NCBI GenBank assembly: GCA_000165345.1
Contig: CM000434.1
Location: 1,056,001 to 1,120,000 of the forward strand
DNA: 64,000 nucleotides
Reading direction: 5' to 3'
The position numbers and the translations under genes are program-made. Below are positions 51,085 through 60,496 of this stretch, piece by piece; the stretch's first letter is position 1; each line of letters opens with the position of its first letter. The notes under the pieces were generated by a model. The model was not told the origin of the DNA. It ran no database searches and worked only from the letters and a program-made list of their open reading frames with translations.

Positions 51085-52800
51085 GCAAGTACCTTTACCG
51101 TTTATTTTAATTCTATTACAACCACTACTGCTGCCATTAATATTAATACTATTAGCCTCAACAATCCATTGAATGGTACTACAACTCCTCATAAAAAAAG
51201 TCGCTAATAAAGAAGCAAAAAACTACTACTACGTACAAATTTTTGTAAAGTTATCTACTCATTAGCTACTTCCCCACTCCAATGAACATGTAAACGGTAT
51301 ATTTGAATGTAAATCTAACAGAAATTGTCATTCAAATTATCGTTGCCCGATTGTTAATTTGTATTTCAACTAAATTGTGAACGCCATTTTGGCCTCGAAA
51401 TATATAAAAAAAAAAGGTACCTAATATTCTGTTTAAATAAATGAAAGAAACAGGTACCAACTACCACCATCTCTAGTGGAATTCGTCTTCCCACACGTCA
51501 TTTAGCCTGCCCCAAATCATTGTATATTCTAGGAAAGTCTGAGATATGGCTATTTTTTCTCTTCCTCCTCTTCTCTCCCCCTTCCCCTGTAAATATTGAC
51601 GCTACTATAACTACTTTACTACTATTATTACTATCTTCTCTCTCCTAATCTACCTAAAATTATGCCTATTATCAAATTCTAACTAGCTTTAAAATTATAA
51701 ATTGTATGGTTGCTTCCACTACTCGGCGCCACTAATCACGAAATACATTAATGATTCAGTTCATATGGATCTTCTTACTCCCTCCTCGTTTTTGTATTGT
51801 TTTTATGAAGAATCCTTAATAACTTTTTGTCAATAACCATTATGAATTGATTTGATTTATTATTATTATGAATACCAAGCTTAAGCTCGGCATTTGAAAG
51901 AAAAAATACTTGTATACTGAAAAATCTATTTCCATAGAGAATAGTTCAATTATAATAAAAAAGAGAAATCCCAATATAAATATCTCTTGTTAAAATCTCC
52001 TTTCCATTAAAGAAAAACTTTAGGGTTGAAGAAATATTTAACCAATTTTGAAGTAAATGATTATTAGATCTAACTTATTCCATAAATATTGCAAACAATG
52101 ATGGCCACTAATTCTTATATTCTTTTCCATCAATATATTGATTCTCATACTTTAAGAATTTAAATAAATAATTATAGGGGAAAAAAATAATGGCCAAAAT
52201 TCCATAAATTCTGTCAAACTGAAAGTTATTAATTAAACATTATCCAAAAGTCTCTCACTACTCTGTTATTATAATGGTCCATTAACCAAAATGCTGATTA
52301 TTTCTTGTTATAATCCTTAAATTTCTCAAAATATGTAATTTATAGATTTCCATTTACATTACCCATATACCTGTAAAATAATATTATTCACCCAAAACTA
52401 ATAAATATAATCTTATAATTATCTGAAATATTATCTACCAAAGTTTCATGTTGATATTATTACGATTATTTCGCCTATCCATTATTTATTTAATTACAAT
52501 TTTAGCATTTATGATTATTAAAATGAGACATTTGACATGCATAGGAAGGCGCCATCTTTTTGCTGCATGATTGAAGGTTGATTTTTAATATAACCCAGTA
52601 TCGAAATAAATTGGAGTAGCCAAGATAGGAAATCTTGAGGCTTTAACATAATTACTATAAATAGCAATTATTAATTTTATAAATTTTGTTTTTTAATCTC
52701 AAGGAATTGATTTTTATTCTTTGATTTTGAGCTGCGACATTAAAATATTTTGTTTTGTGGTAAATTTGGAAATCTAACAATTGGATTTCCAGAAAATTCT

Positions 52801-54381
52801 ATGCGTGCATCATCTGAAACTAATAAAGGTGAAGGTTCAAAGGATGAAAGTAGTGGAATTCAAAATAATTGGGGAAGAACAATTCTTTCGGAAGCAACTT
52901 CAAAAGGTCCAGTATTATTTTCTGGTACAGATTGGGTAGTAGTGCCCATGGAATCGCTTTCTCCAGAAAGAAGAGCAATAATTCACCCAATAAGTCAAAG
53001 GCTTGCTGGAGTAGAGAATACAGCTCTTGTTGATGGATTATTTGGAAGAATTTGGGAATTCCCTAAGTGCGAGAATGTTAGAGAACGAAAAGTAACTAGA
53101 GGTGACCAGTTTGTTGGAGATTCAAGAATTGATTTTCAGTGGAATAAAACTGAGAGAACTTTGTGTAGAGTGTGTGGCAAACACATATTAAAACAGAAAT
53201 TTGCAACAGAGCACTACCAAAGATCTCCAACGTGTTGGAGGCTTGTAATGAGGCATATTGGAATCCTGGATTTTGACTCAAATCAAAATACAAATATGCA
53301 TTTGTCATACAAAACTGAAGATGGAGGATTTAATTCTCCCCAGAAATCGATGTTAGAGAAGAGGATAGGTCCTGTCTTCTCTAGAAATATTAATGGAGAG
53401 AAAAGTGATGGTACCTATCTTTCAAGCTCAAATCATGAAACAGAAGGTAAAAATTCTGTATTCATTGAAAGTCTTGCTCAAGATGGCTTTAACACAAGCA
53501 ATATGATTCCAACTTCAAATGTCGAATATATTCTCCAGAATAAAATAATGAACTTATTCAGAGCTGCAACCAAACATGTTTACGAAGAACTCATTCAGTT
53601 TAAGGGCTCCAATACGCAAATCAATATTCACCCATCATTTAACACTCCTAACCCTGGAAATGGATCTAAATTTGACTCTTCCATTGTAGAAAATGTGATG
53701 AGTGAACCAAAAGGAGACGACTCCACAAATAATATAAGTAATCCAGAAGAACCCTTTTTACTTATATCTTCTGTGCTCCCAAATATATTCCCATCAATTA
53801 GCCACAGACCACTTCCAGTGAATGTTTGTTATATCAAACTCACCTTTAATTGGCCAGGAGCTAGACTTGTAAGGGATTTATGGGCACTTGATTGTGAATT
53901 ACTTGTTGATTGGGGAGATGGTGTGCTCACCCAAGCAAGAAGATTCACTCTTAAAGAATTAGGAGAGCCTCCTGAATCTGATAATGAAATGAGAAATATT
54001 TACTCTCAAGGATTTGCATATCTCAAATGCTTTGTTCCTCATAAACCACCTGGCAGAGCTGATTTGAAAATTCGTATTCCTAAATCACTCTGGGAATATT
54101 GGGAAGCATTTGCCAATGACAAAAACAATACCGTAACTTTCCATACTCCAGAAATGTTTGCTTCTGAGATTCCTCAGAACTTCCCCATAGAAACTAATCC
54201 TGAAGCGACTTTGCCCAATATTAATATAAATTGGGATATTAAATCTCGTAGGGATGAGACCGCAAACCAAAGGTCACACCCTTATTCTCCTACTGTATCT
54301 CATATACATTCTCCGACTTCATCTTCAAGGTCTATTGGAAATAACGCGAATATGAACCCACCTAAATCACCTTCCACGTGA
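52801..54381 (+). CDS. Hypothetical protein, about 526 aa, with a Cys/His cluster (CRVCGKHILKQKFATEHYQRSPTC). Function unknown.
   Basis: The track start at 52750 is TTG, and the first ATG is at 52801 (MRASSETNKGEG...). The ORF is non-repetitive and has coding-like composition, with conserved-looking blocks GTDWVVVPMESLSPERRAIIHPISQRLAG and NWPGARLVRDLWALDCELLVDWGDG. No family was recognised. Confidence 0.5.
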   Translation: MRASSETNKGEGSKDESSGIQNNWGRTILSEATSKGPVLFSGTDWVVVPMESLSPERRAIIHPISQRLAGVENTALVDGLFGRIWEFPKCENVRERKVTRGDQFVGDSRIDFQWNKTERTLCRVCGKHILKQKFATEHYQRSPTCWRLVMRHIGILDFDSNQNTNMHLSYKTEDGGFNSPQKSMLEKRIGPVFSRNINGEKSDGTYLSSSNHETEGKNSVFIESLAQDGFNTSNMIPTSNVEYILQNKIMNLFRAATKHVYEELIQFKGSNTQINIHPSFNTPNPGNGSKFDSSIVENVMSEPKGDDSTNNISNPEEPFLLISSVLPNIFPSISHRPLPVNVCYIKLTFNWPGARLVRDLWALDCELLVDWGDGVLTQARRFTLKELGEPPESDNEMRNIYSQGFAYLKCFVPHKPPGRADLKIRIPKSLWEYWEAFANDKNNTVTFHTPEMFASEIPQNFPIETNPEATLPNININWDIKSRRDETANQRSHPYSPTVSHIHSPTSSSRSIGNNANMNPPKSPST

Positions 54382-54492
54382 TTAGCCATAGATTTAATTT
54401 TTAATTTTGAATTTGATTAAAACTCCTAATTATCTATTTCCATCCTAAAACTACTAATTTTAATATTTTTATTTTCGTAATTTTAACTATTA

Positions 54493-54604
54493 TCACTATC
54501 CACATGTAATTATATGCACACGTAAATATACCGGTATTTATTTGTTTGCAAGAATTTGCAAATTTGCATGTGGATAAAATTAACTCGCAACCTTGCATGT
54601 AACG
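54493..54604. promoter_or_regulatory. Dense motif array between convergent 3' ends: CCACATG...CATGTGG inverted pair, ATACCGGTAT palindrome, phased TTGCAAG/TTGCAAA/TTGCATG triplet, and TTGCATGTAACGCCGGTATA
   Basis: CCACATG is at 54493-54499. ATACCGGTAT is at 54520-54529. tttgcaagaatttgcaaatttgcatgtgg at 54537-54565 repeats TTGCAnG three times with 9-10 bp spacing. ttgcatgtaacgccggtata is at 54585-54604. The spacer between the stop of gene 52801-54381 and the SF3A3 stop (54682) is 300 bp. Confidence 0.5.
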
Positions 54605-54681
54605 CCGGTATAATATATAAAGGGAAAATAAAATAAATTACAGAAAACAAAAATCTTAATTTCTAACATTAATTGATTCTA

Positions 54682-56490
54682 CTATATAAGTCCTTGTCTG
54701 TACAAATCCTGGAAAGATTTGAGAGGCAAGATATTTCCTTGGGAATCTTCCATTTCAACGTAGTTTTGATCGTCAAATGAAAGGTCTTTTGCCTGCTTAC
54801 AAAGAGCCGAGTAAAGTTCTTGAGCATCCGAAATCTTTGTGATCTCTTTAAAGTGGCAAGTATTTGGAATTCCTAAAGCACTTAGCCCATTAGCGTGTCT
54901 AGTTTCTGAAAAATGTCGCTCAAACGCTCTCCTTCCCCAGTAGCTACAATTTCCGCATATTTCACATTTGAATTCAATTCCCAAACCATTCAGCTTGTAA
55001 AGCCAATATGGCATTGGCCTTCCATCTGGTCCAAGAGGAAGTTTTAAAGGATTATATACTTTCTCTTGAAGCTCATCAAAGTCATCGTCTGAATCTGTAT
55101 CAAACTCCATCTTGTTTGAATCTCGGTCACCTTTTGACTTATTTTTGTTCAAGCAATCATTTAATTCTGTTATTAAAGTCTCCAAGCCACTATTTTCCAT
55201 CTCTAGCTGTTTATCTATCTCCAACTCCTCTCTAGTGCTGCTCTGTAGTTTATTTACATGATCAATTGCTTCTCTTCTTTGTACTGAGAGAAGTTGAGAA
55301 AACTTGCTGACAAAAAATTCTTTTCTAGCTATACTCTTGTCTCTTTCCAAGCTTTCCCCTCTTAATCTATCCTTTTCCTCATTAGGAAGTTCCGTATATT
55401 TGGAGTTTTCTCTACTAAAATGCTTACTTTTAACATGAGAATTGTAAGTCCCTTCCGAAAAAAATAGCTTATCGAAAGGCTTAGAATAGTAAAGCATCTC
55501 ACATGTGGGAACTCTCCAGTCTGATAGCATCCCATTTCTCCACTCCTCCTCAAAATCTTTATTTAGCTCGGTCTGAATTGTTCCTTCATCCAACAAAGGA
55601 TGAATTCTAAGAAAAAAATCCCGCAAATATTCCAATAAATTTGTAATATACTCATCGTAATCATTATCCTTATACTTAAAGTACCTTGGAATACTTGAAA
55701 ACTTATCAAAAACTTTCAAATATGTGTCAAAGTCAATCTCCTCAAAAACTATCCCAGCTTGAGTGCTATTATCCACTGCCTTGCCTTTTCTTCTCAATCT
55801 CTCCAATTCGCCATTAATATAAGTTGCTTCCCTATAGTTCTTTAACTTCTTAAGATTAATATACCTGCTATAATGTTGCTCCAAACATAATCTCCTTCCT
55901 AGGTCCTCTTCTGGAATGAATATATCATCAAGTTTTACTCCTCTAATTGTCTCTATAACTAGTTCCTCCAGAGCCTTTAATCTAATATTGTATTCAGATT
56001 GCCTTATTAGATCATTGGGAACACCTTCTAAAGAATTTGCTGACTTTATTGAACTATAAAAGTTCGTCCATAAAGAATCCTTTGATCCTGACGACTTTGT
56101 GTCTAAAATAATGTAAATTTGATTATTTAGAAATATATTGAAATAATCAAAGTAACTTACCATTTACACTTAAACCTCCAATATAGGAAATCTCACGCTT
56201 CCTCTCCCCAGACTTATCTAAATAAAGAGAAAGTATCTCTTTTGAATTACTTTGAATTCTCAACCCTTTAAACAAAAAACAGTTAATTCAAGTTATACAC
56301 CAATCTAAGGCTCCTGAGAAAACCCAGCAACCCAAATATCTAACTTACCAAGCTGTTTTATTGCAGTTTCAATTACTAATGACGTCACTGAGTCCCTCGG
56401 AAGCTTACCAAAAAGCATCACCACCATCTTCTCTAGAACCTCAGTCTCTTCGCACAAAGACCGACACCTCTCAATAATAAACGAACTCAT
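54682..56490 (-). CDS. SF3A3: Splicing factor 3a subunit 3 (SF3A3/SAP61/Prp9), three exons, about 540 aa
   Basis: The C-terminus is unmistakable: YNPLKLPLGPDGRPMPYWLYKLNGLGIEFKCEICGNCSYWGRRAFERHFSETRHANGLSALGIPNTCHF...LYRQGLI. Compare human [68 protein letters not shown]...LKRQGLL. The track ORF's initial ATG (56163) is immediately followed by GTAAGT, so it is a donor, not a start. Proposed exon 1 is 56490-56349 (MSSFIIERCRSLCEETEVLEKMVVMLFGKLPRDSVTSLVIETAIKQL, compare human METILEQQRRYHEEKERLMDVM...). Intron 1 is 56348-56218 (GTAAGTTA...). Exon 2 is 56217-56161. Intron 2 is 56160-56103 (GTAAGTTAC...TTATTTTAG). Exon 3 is 56102-54682. The phases 1/1 are consistent. The separate 67-aa track ORF at 56305-56508 is exon 1 plus intron read-through. 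Confidence 0.8.
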
Positions 56491-56674
56491 CCCTCCCAAT
56501 TCCCACACAACTCTCCTTGAATGATCTTTAAAAGTTTCCTACTCCCCCTTTAGCTCTAAATAGATACCACTTATTGACTATTTATTTTAAAAACAATTTT
56601 TCCCCTATCAATTTACCTGCAATTTTGGCGGGAAATACTCAAGGCTAGCATGAAGAGGAATAAAAAGAATAAGA

Positions 56675-58348
56675 ATGAAATTAGGAGGAATTCCACTTAA
56701 AGAAGTATTATTTCAGAGATGTGACTCTGCTTTATTAGGAGCGTTTCTTTTTGTGGCTGGAAGTGTGGTCTCAAAACTTTCAAGCTTTGTTCTTAATATC
56801 TACCTTGCAAAGAAGATAGATCCTGAGTTATTTGGAATTGGATTTGTAAGTATCGCGCTCATTACAAACTTATCTCAATCCCTGAACAAGAAATGCTTCC
56901 GAAGAGTGGCTCTTTCTGAACCTATTGGTTCTGTTACAGAAGAAAGCCTTCGTCGTGCAAATATCCAAAGTAGCATCAACATTTGTTGGCTTTCCATTAT
57001 ATCAACATGTATTCTTTCCCTAATATTGAGTCTAATTTGGATAGCTCATCCTCCTTCAAGCATAATTTTAGACCGTGAACTTGTCAGACAGTTCAATATT
57101 TCTGTAATTCTGACAGGATTCTCATCTATTGTGGAATCAATCTCCGAGCCTTTGATCTTTAATCTAATTAGAAAAGAGCAGGTATTCCTCAGAAGTGTCA
57201 TTGAAATACTATCTGGAACTTCTAAGAGCATATTACTTATGTCTATAGTAATGTTCAAAAGCTCCAATTTAGATATCCTTTACTATTCTATTGGGCAGTT
57301 TATATATTCTTTAATATTTCTTTCTTCAACTTTATTTGCTTGTTTCAAGACTTTTGGCCAGACTAAGGAAATAATCCTGCTTCCAAGGTCCCTAGGGTCC
57401 TCTTCTAAGTCTCAGTTTTTCCTAGAAAACCATAAAAGCATCCTTAAACAGCAAATTCTTGTTAGTATACAATCTACTGTTTTACAAGAAACCGACAAAA
57501 TCCTTGTACTACACCTTTTCTCAGCCAAAGAATGGAGTGACTACGGGGTTATTTCTAACCTCGCAAACATTGTTACAAGAGTCTTGCTTGCTCCAATTGA
57601 AGAAATTTCTGCAGAACGCTTCAAAGAAGTCAAACTTGAGACTAATCATAACAAGTCACTAAGCCACCTACAAACAAATCTCGCCCCACTTAGAGAACTC
57701 TTATTCTTCTCTACATCCATTGGATTCATTGCAATATGTTTTGGTCCACCAATCTCTAAAAGTCTTATCAGCATTCTATTTGGTCCAAAATGGGTAAGAC
57801 CTGAAAATATTCAACTTTTTTCTGCAAATATTTACACCCTTGGAATACTCTCCATACATGGAATTCTTGAAACTTTTATGCTTTCTTTAGGCGGCAATCA
57901 TCAAATTTCTGCATACCGGCGTTTTTCTATTACCATGTATTGCATGCATGTGGCATTCATGCTGGTTTTACGCAGTGGCGGTTGCATGGCACTCCTGATT
58001 AGTAATGGACTTGTTATGCTTTTGCAAGTTTTCTATTACCTCTCATTTATATTTAGCCTAATAAATCCAGCACTTCCTAGTCAAGAGCCCAGAAAGATCT
58101 TCCATTCCTTCTTGAACCTCCTTGTTGAAAAAGGCTCCAGACGTATTTACCTTGCCTTCCTATTTGGGGGACTGATACAAAGATGCCTAATTCACCAAAT
58201 TAGAGCGTATTCAGAGCTCAAGAAACTTATCCAAAATGACTTTTGCGAACTGTTGGTTAGCTCTCTGATTGCATTATGTTCTCTAATTATCTCCATTCCT
58301 TCAATCCTCCAAATTCTTAAAAAATCACACACTGATAAACATAAATGA
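56675..58348 (+). CDS. RFT1: RFT1-family protein (Man5GlcNAc2-PP-dolichol translocation/flippase-associated MOP-superfamily membrane protein), 557 aa
   Basis: ATG at 56675. It has about 12 hydrophobic segments. The N-terminal block LLGAFLFVAGSVVSKLSSFVLNIYLAKKIDPELFGIGFVSIALITNL matches the RFT1 signature (L.G..FL...Q...R.ltF.lN.lL.R.l.PE.lGv..v.leLl..t). An E2F-like GGCGGGAAA lies 40 bp upstream (56627-56635). Confidence 0.65.
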   Translation: MKLGGIPLKEVLFQRCDSALLGAFLFVAGSVVSKLSSFVLNIYLAKKIDPELFGIGFVSIALITNLSQSLNKKCFRRVALSEPIGSVTEESLRRANIQSSINICWLSIISTCILSLILSLIWIAHPPSSIILDRELVRQFNISVILTGFSSIVESISEPLIFNLIRKEQVFLRSVIEILSGTSKSILLMSIVMFKSSNLDILYYSIGQFIYSLIFLSSTLFACFKTFGQTKEIILLPRSLGSSSKSQFFLENHKSILKQQILVSIQSTVLQETDKILVLHLFSAKEWSDYGVISNLANIVTRVLLAPIEEISAERFKEVKLETNHNKSLSHLQTNLAPLRELLFFSTSIGFIAICFGPPISKSLISILFGPKWVRPENIQLFSANIYTLGILSIHGILETFMLSLGGNHQISAYRRFSITMYCMHVAFMLVLRSGGCMALLISNGLVMLLQVFYYLSFIFSLINPALPSQEPRKIFHSFLNLLVEKGSRRIYLAFLFGGLIQRCLIHQIRAYSELKKLIQNDFCELLVSSLIALCSLIISIPSILQILKKSHTDKHK

Positions 58349-58398
58349 GCTTTGGCGGAATTAGGCGCCAATGACTTTTAAATATCGGGGCCAAAGCA

Positions 58399-60474
58399 AT
58401 GGGAAAATTGATTCCAAAAGAATATATGAATCAACAAATTCCGGGCGACCAGTCATCTCTAATTACTGGGTTTCGTGTCGGTAGTAGAGCTATTAGAGGT
58501 TGGAATCAGCCCAACACTGGTTCCCAAGCCTCTTCTATGCAAACAGTGTCTCAGGGAGCCCAAGACATACGGAATACTGATGCCTCTAACCAAGGAATCC
58601 CGGCATCAACCCAGAAATCTTTAGAAGACTGGTACAAAGCTCACTATTACGATTATTACTTTAAGGCATACAAGACAAATGGTCTGGATGATGCTACATC
58701 TTCCCAGTACGCTCAAAGTTGCGTGAATGAGTTAGAAAGGACCGGTTACATTAAAAATGCTATTCAAGCACAAAGTGAAATGGGGCAACAGCCCACCTCA
58801 AACCCTAGGGAGTTTAGGGAGCAGAAACAAAGACACCAAAGGAACTCTGTACATGCTGAAGAGATGAAACAATTTCACAATTCGTCAAGTCCAGTAAATA
58901 AGTCCAAAGGTTTACAAAATTGGATATACAGATTATTCAGTACTTATAGATCGAATGGAACATCAAAAGAAGATATTGAGTGGAATCAAAAGCTTTCTGC
59001 ATATTCTCAGCATATTTCTGAACGTTATAGGAACTCCAATAAGGTCATTGATTGGGAACTTCAAAACCTTCCCAAGAGAGAAGTTATTCAGAACTTTAAA
59101 CTCAAAGCTTCTGATCAAAGTGAGGATTCTAACTCCACCAACGAAGCTATATCTAATTTTTCGAATCTACCAAAACTAACCCCGTCTTCTTCAAAAAGAA
59201 GGTTTAGCCCTCAACTTGAGACTGAGCTTAAAAAAGATGAAGCGAACTCTTCCACCTATATAAACGAAAAAAACTTTCCTCCTCTCAAGAGTAAAAGAGT
59301 GAAAGAAACCCATGTTACTGATCAAGAGAAAGATACAAAGCATAATAAACACTTAAAACAAAAAAAACATGGCAAAAATGCTGGTAACTTAATTGGTAAT
59401 GAGTCGGCATCCCCTCCAAATAAAATAGAGTCTGCCTCAAAAGGCTTTAGTTTCTCTTCACAATCATCAAACCAACATAATTCCCTTTCAACATTTGGTT
59501 TTCAAATTTCTCCAAATATTCAATCTGGTTGCTCTGAGGGAGATGGTTATATTTTAGATGCAAATGGTAATAAGAGACTTTCTTGGCAACAAATTTTGGC
59601 TCTTGGTAAAAGTACTGAGAAGATTGTTGGACTCTCAAATGCTTTAGAGAAGCAATATCTTAGACTTACATCTTCTCCAGACCCCAATTTAGTCAGACCA
59701 GAACATATTTTAAAGAAATCTCTCGACTTTGTTTACAATAATTATATAAAATATTCCAGTTCCAAAACTTCTTTAAATAACCAAAAGCAGAAAAAGTACG
59801 ATTGGAAATACTTAGAAGAGCAATTTAGATCTATTCGCCAGGATTTAACTGTTCAAGGAATTAAAAATCTATTCACCATCCATGTTTACGAACTTAATGC
59901 AAGAGTTGCCTTGGAAAATCATGATCTTGGCCAGTTCAATCAATGCCAAGCACGTCTGAAAGAACTTTATTCACTTGGAATTGTGGAATTTGAAGGTTCA
60001 AACAGAGAGGAATTCTTGTGTTATTATATTATTTACGTTACTCTTCAAAATATGAAAGCTGATCTGATTCGTGTTTTAGATGAAGCACAACCATTCAAGA
60101 ACTGCAAAGGGATTTTATTTGCAATTCAGGTCTGTAAAGCAATTATGGAAGGTAACTATTGCAGATACTTTAAGCTATGTAAAAAAGCTCCTTGGAAATC
60201 CAGATACTTATTTGAGATCTTCCGTAATAGACAGCTTATTATAGCTCTCACTACTATGACTAAAGCTTTCCGCTTTATTGAGATCTCTGTACTTACTTCC
60301 TCTCTTGGGTTTGAGTCCAATTTTGATTGTCATAAATTCTTGACTTCTCAAAAGGCAGTTTTTGTCCACCCAAATTCTTCAATTAATGAACTAAAGCTCG
60401 ACTGTAAAGCAAGTTTTACCGTATTTTCATCTTCACCTCTTTTATTAAATAGAAAGGTCCAGGCGCTTGGATAA
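58399..60474 (+). CDS. SAC3/GANP-domain protein (LENG8/Thp3-like, TREX-2/mRNA-export-related PCI fold), 691 aa
   Basis: ATG at 58399. The C-terminal 300 aa carry the SAC3/GANP signature: KIVGLSNALEKQYLRLTSSPDPNLVRPEHILKKSLDFV (compare IVGtC.dMCPEkER...p..VRP..vLkktLdyl), then QFRSIRQDLTVQGIKNLFTIHVYELNARVALENHDLGQFNQCQARLKELY. The N-terminal half is Gln/Ser/Lys-rich low complexity. The ATG lies 50 bp after the RFT1 stop. Confidence 0.6.
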   Translation: MGKLIPKEYMNQQIPGDQSSLITGFRVGSRAIRGWNQPNTGSQASSMQTVSQGAQDIRNTDASNQGIPASTQKSLEDWYKAHYYDYYFKAYKTNGLDDATSSQYAQSCVNELERTGYIKNAIQAQSEMGQQPTSNPREFREQKQRHQRNSVHAEEMKQFHNSSSPVNKSKGLQNWIYRLFSTYRSNGTSKEDIEWNQKLSAYSQHISERYRNSNKVIDWELQNLPKREVIQNFKLKASDQSEDSNSTNEAISNFSNLPKLTPSSSKRRFSPQLETELKKDEANSSTYINEKNFPPLKSKRVKETHVTDQEKDTKHNKHLKQKKHGKNAGNLIGNESASPPNKIESASKGFSFSSQSSNQHNSLSTFGFQISPNIQSGCSEGDGYILDANGNKRLSWQQILALGKSTEKIVGLSNALEKQYLRLTSSPDPNLVRPEHILKKSLDFVYNNYIKYSSSKTSLNNQKQKKYDWKYLEEQFRSIRQDLTVQGIKNLFTIHVYELNARVALENHDLGQFNQCQARLKELYSLGIVEFEGSNREEFLCYYIIYVTLQNMKADLIRVLDEAQPFKNCKGILFAIQVCKAIMEGNYCRYFKLCKKAPWKSRYLFEIFRNRQLIIALTTMTKAFRFIEISVLTSSLGFESNFDCHKFLTSQKAVFVHPNSSINELKLDCKASFTVFSSSPLLLNRKVQALG

Positions 60475-60496
60475 AGAAAATTCGTTCTTTCCTTGC

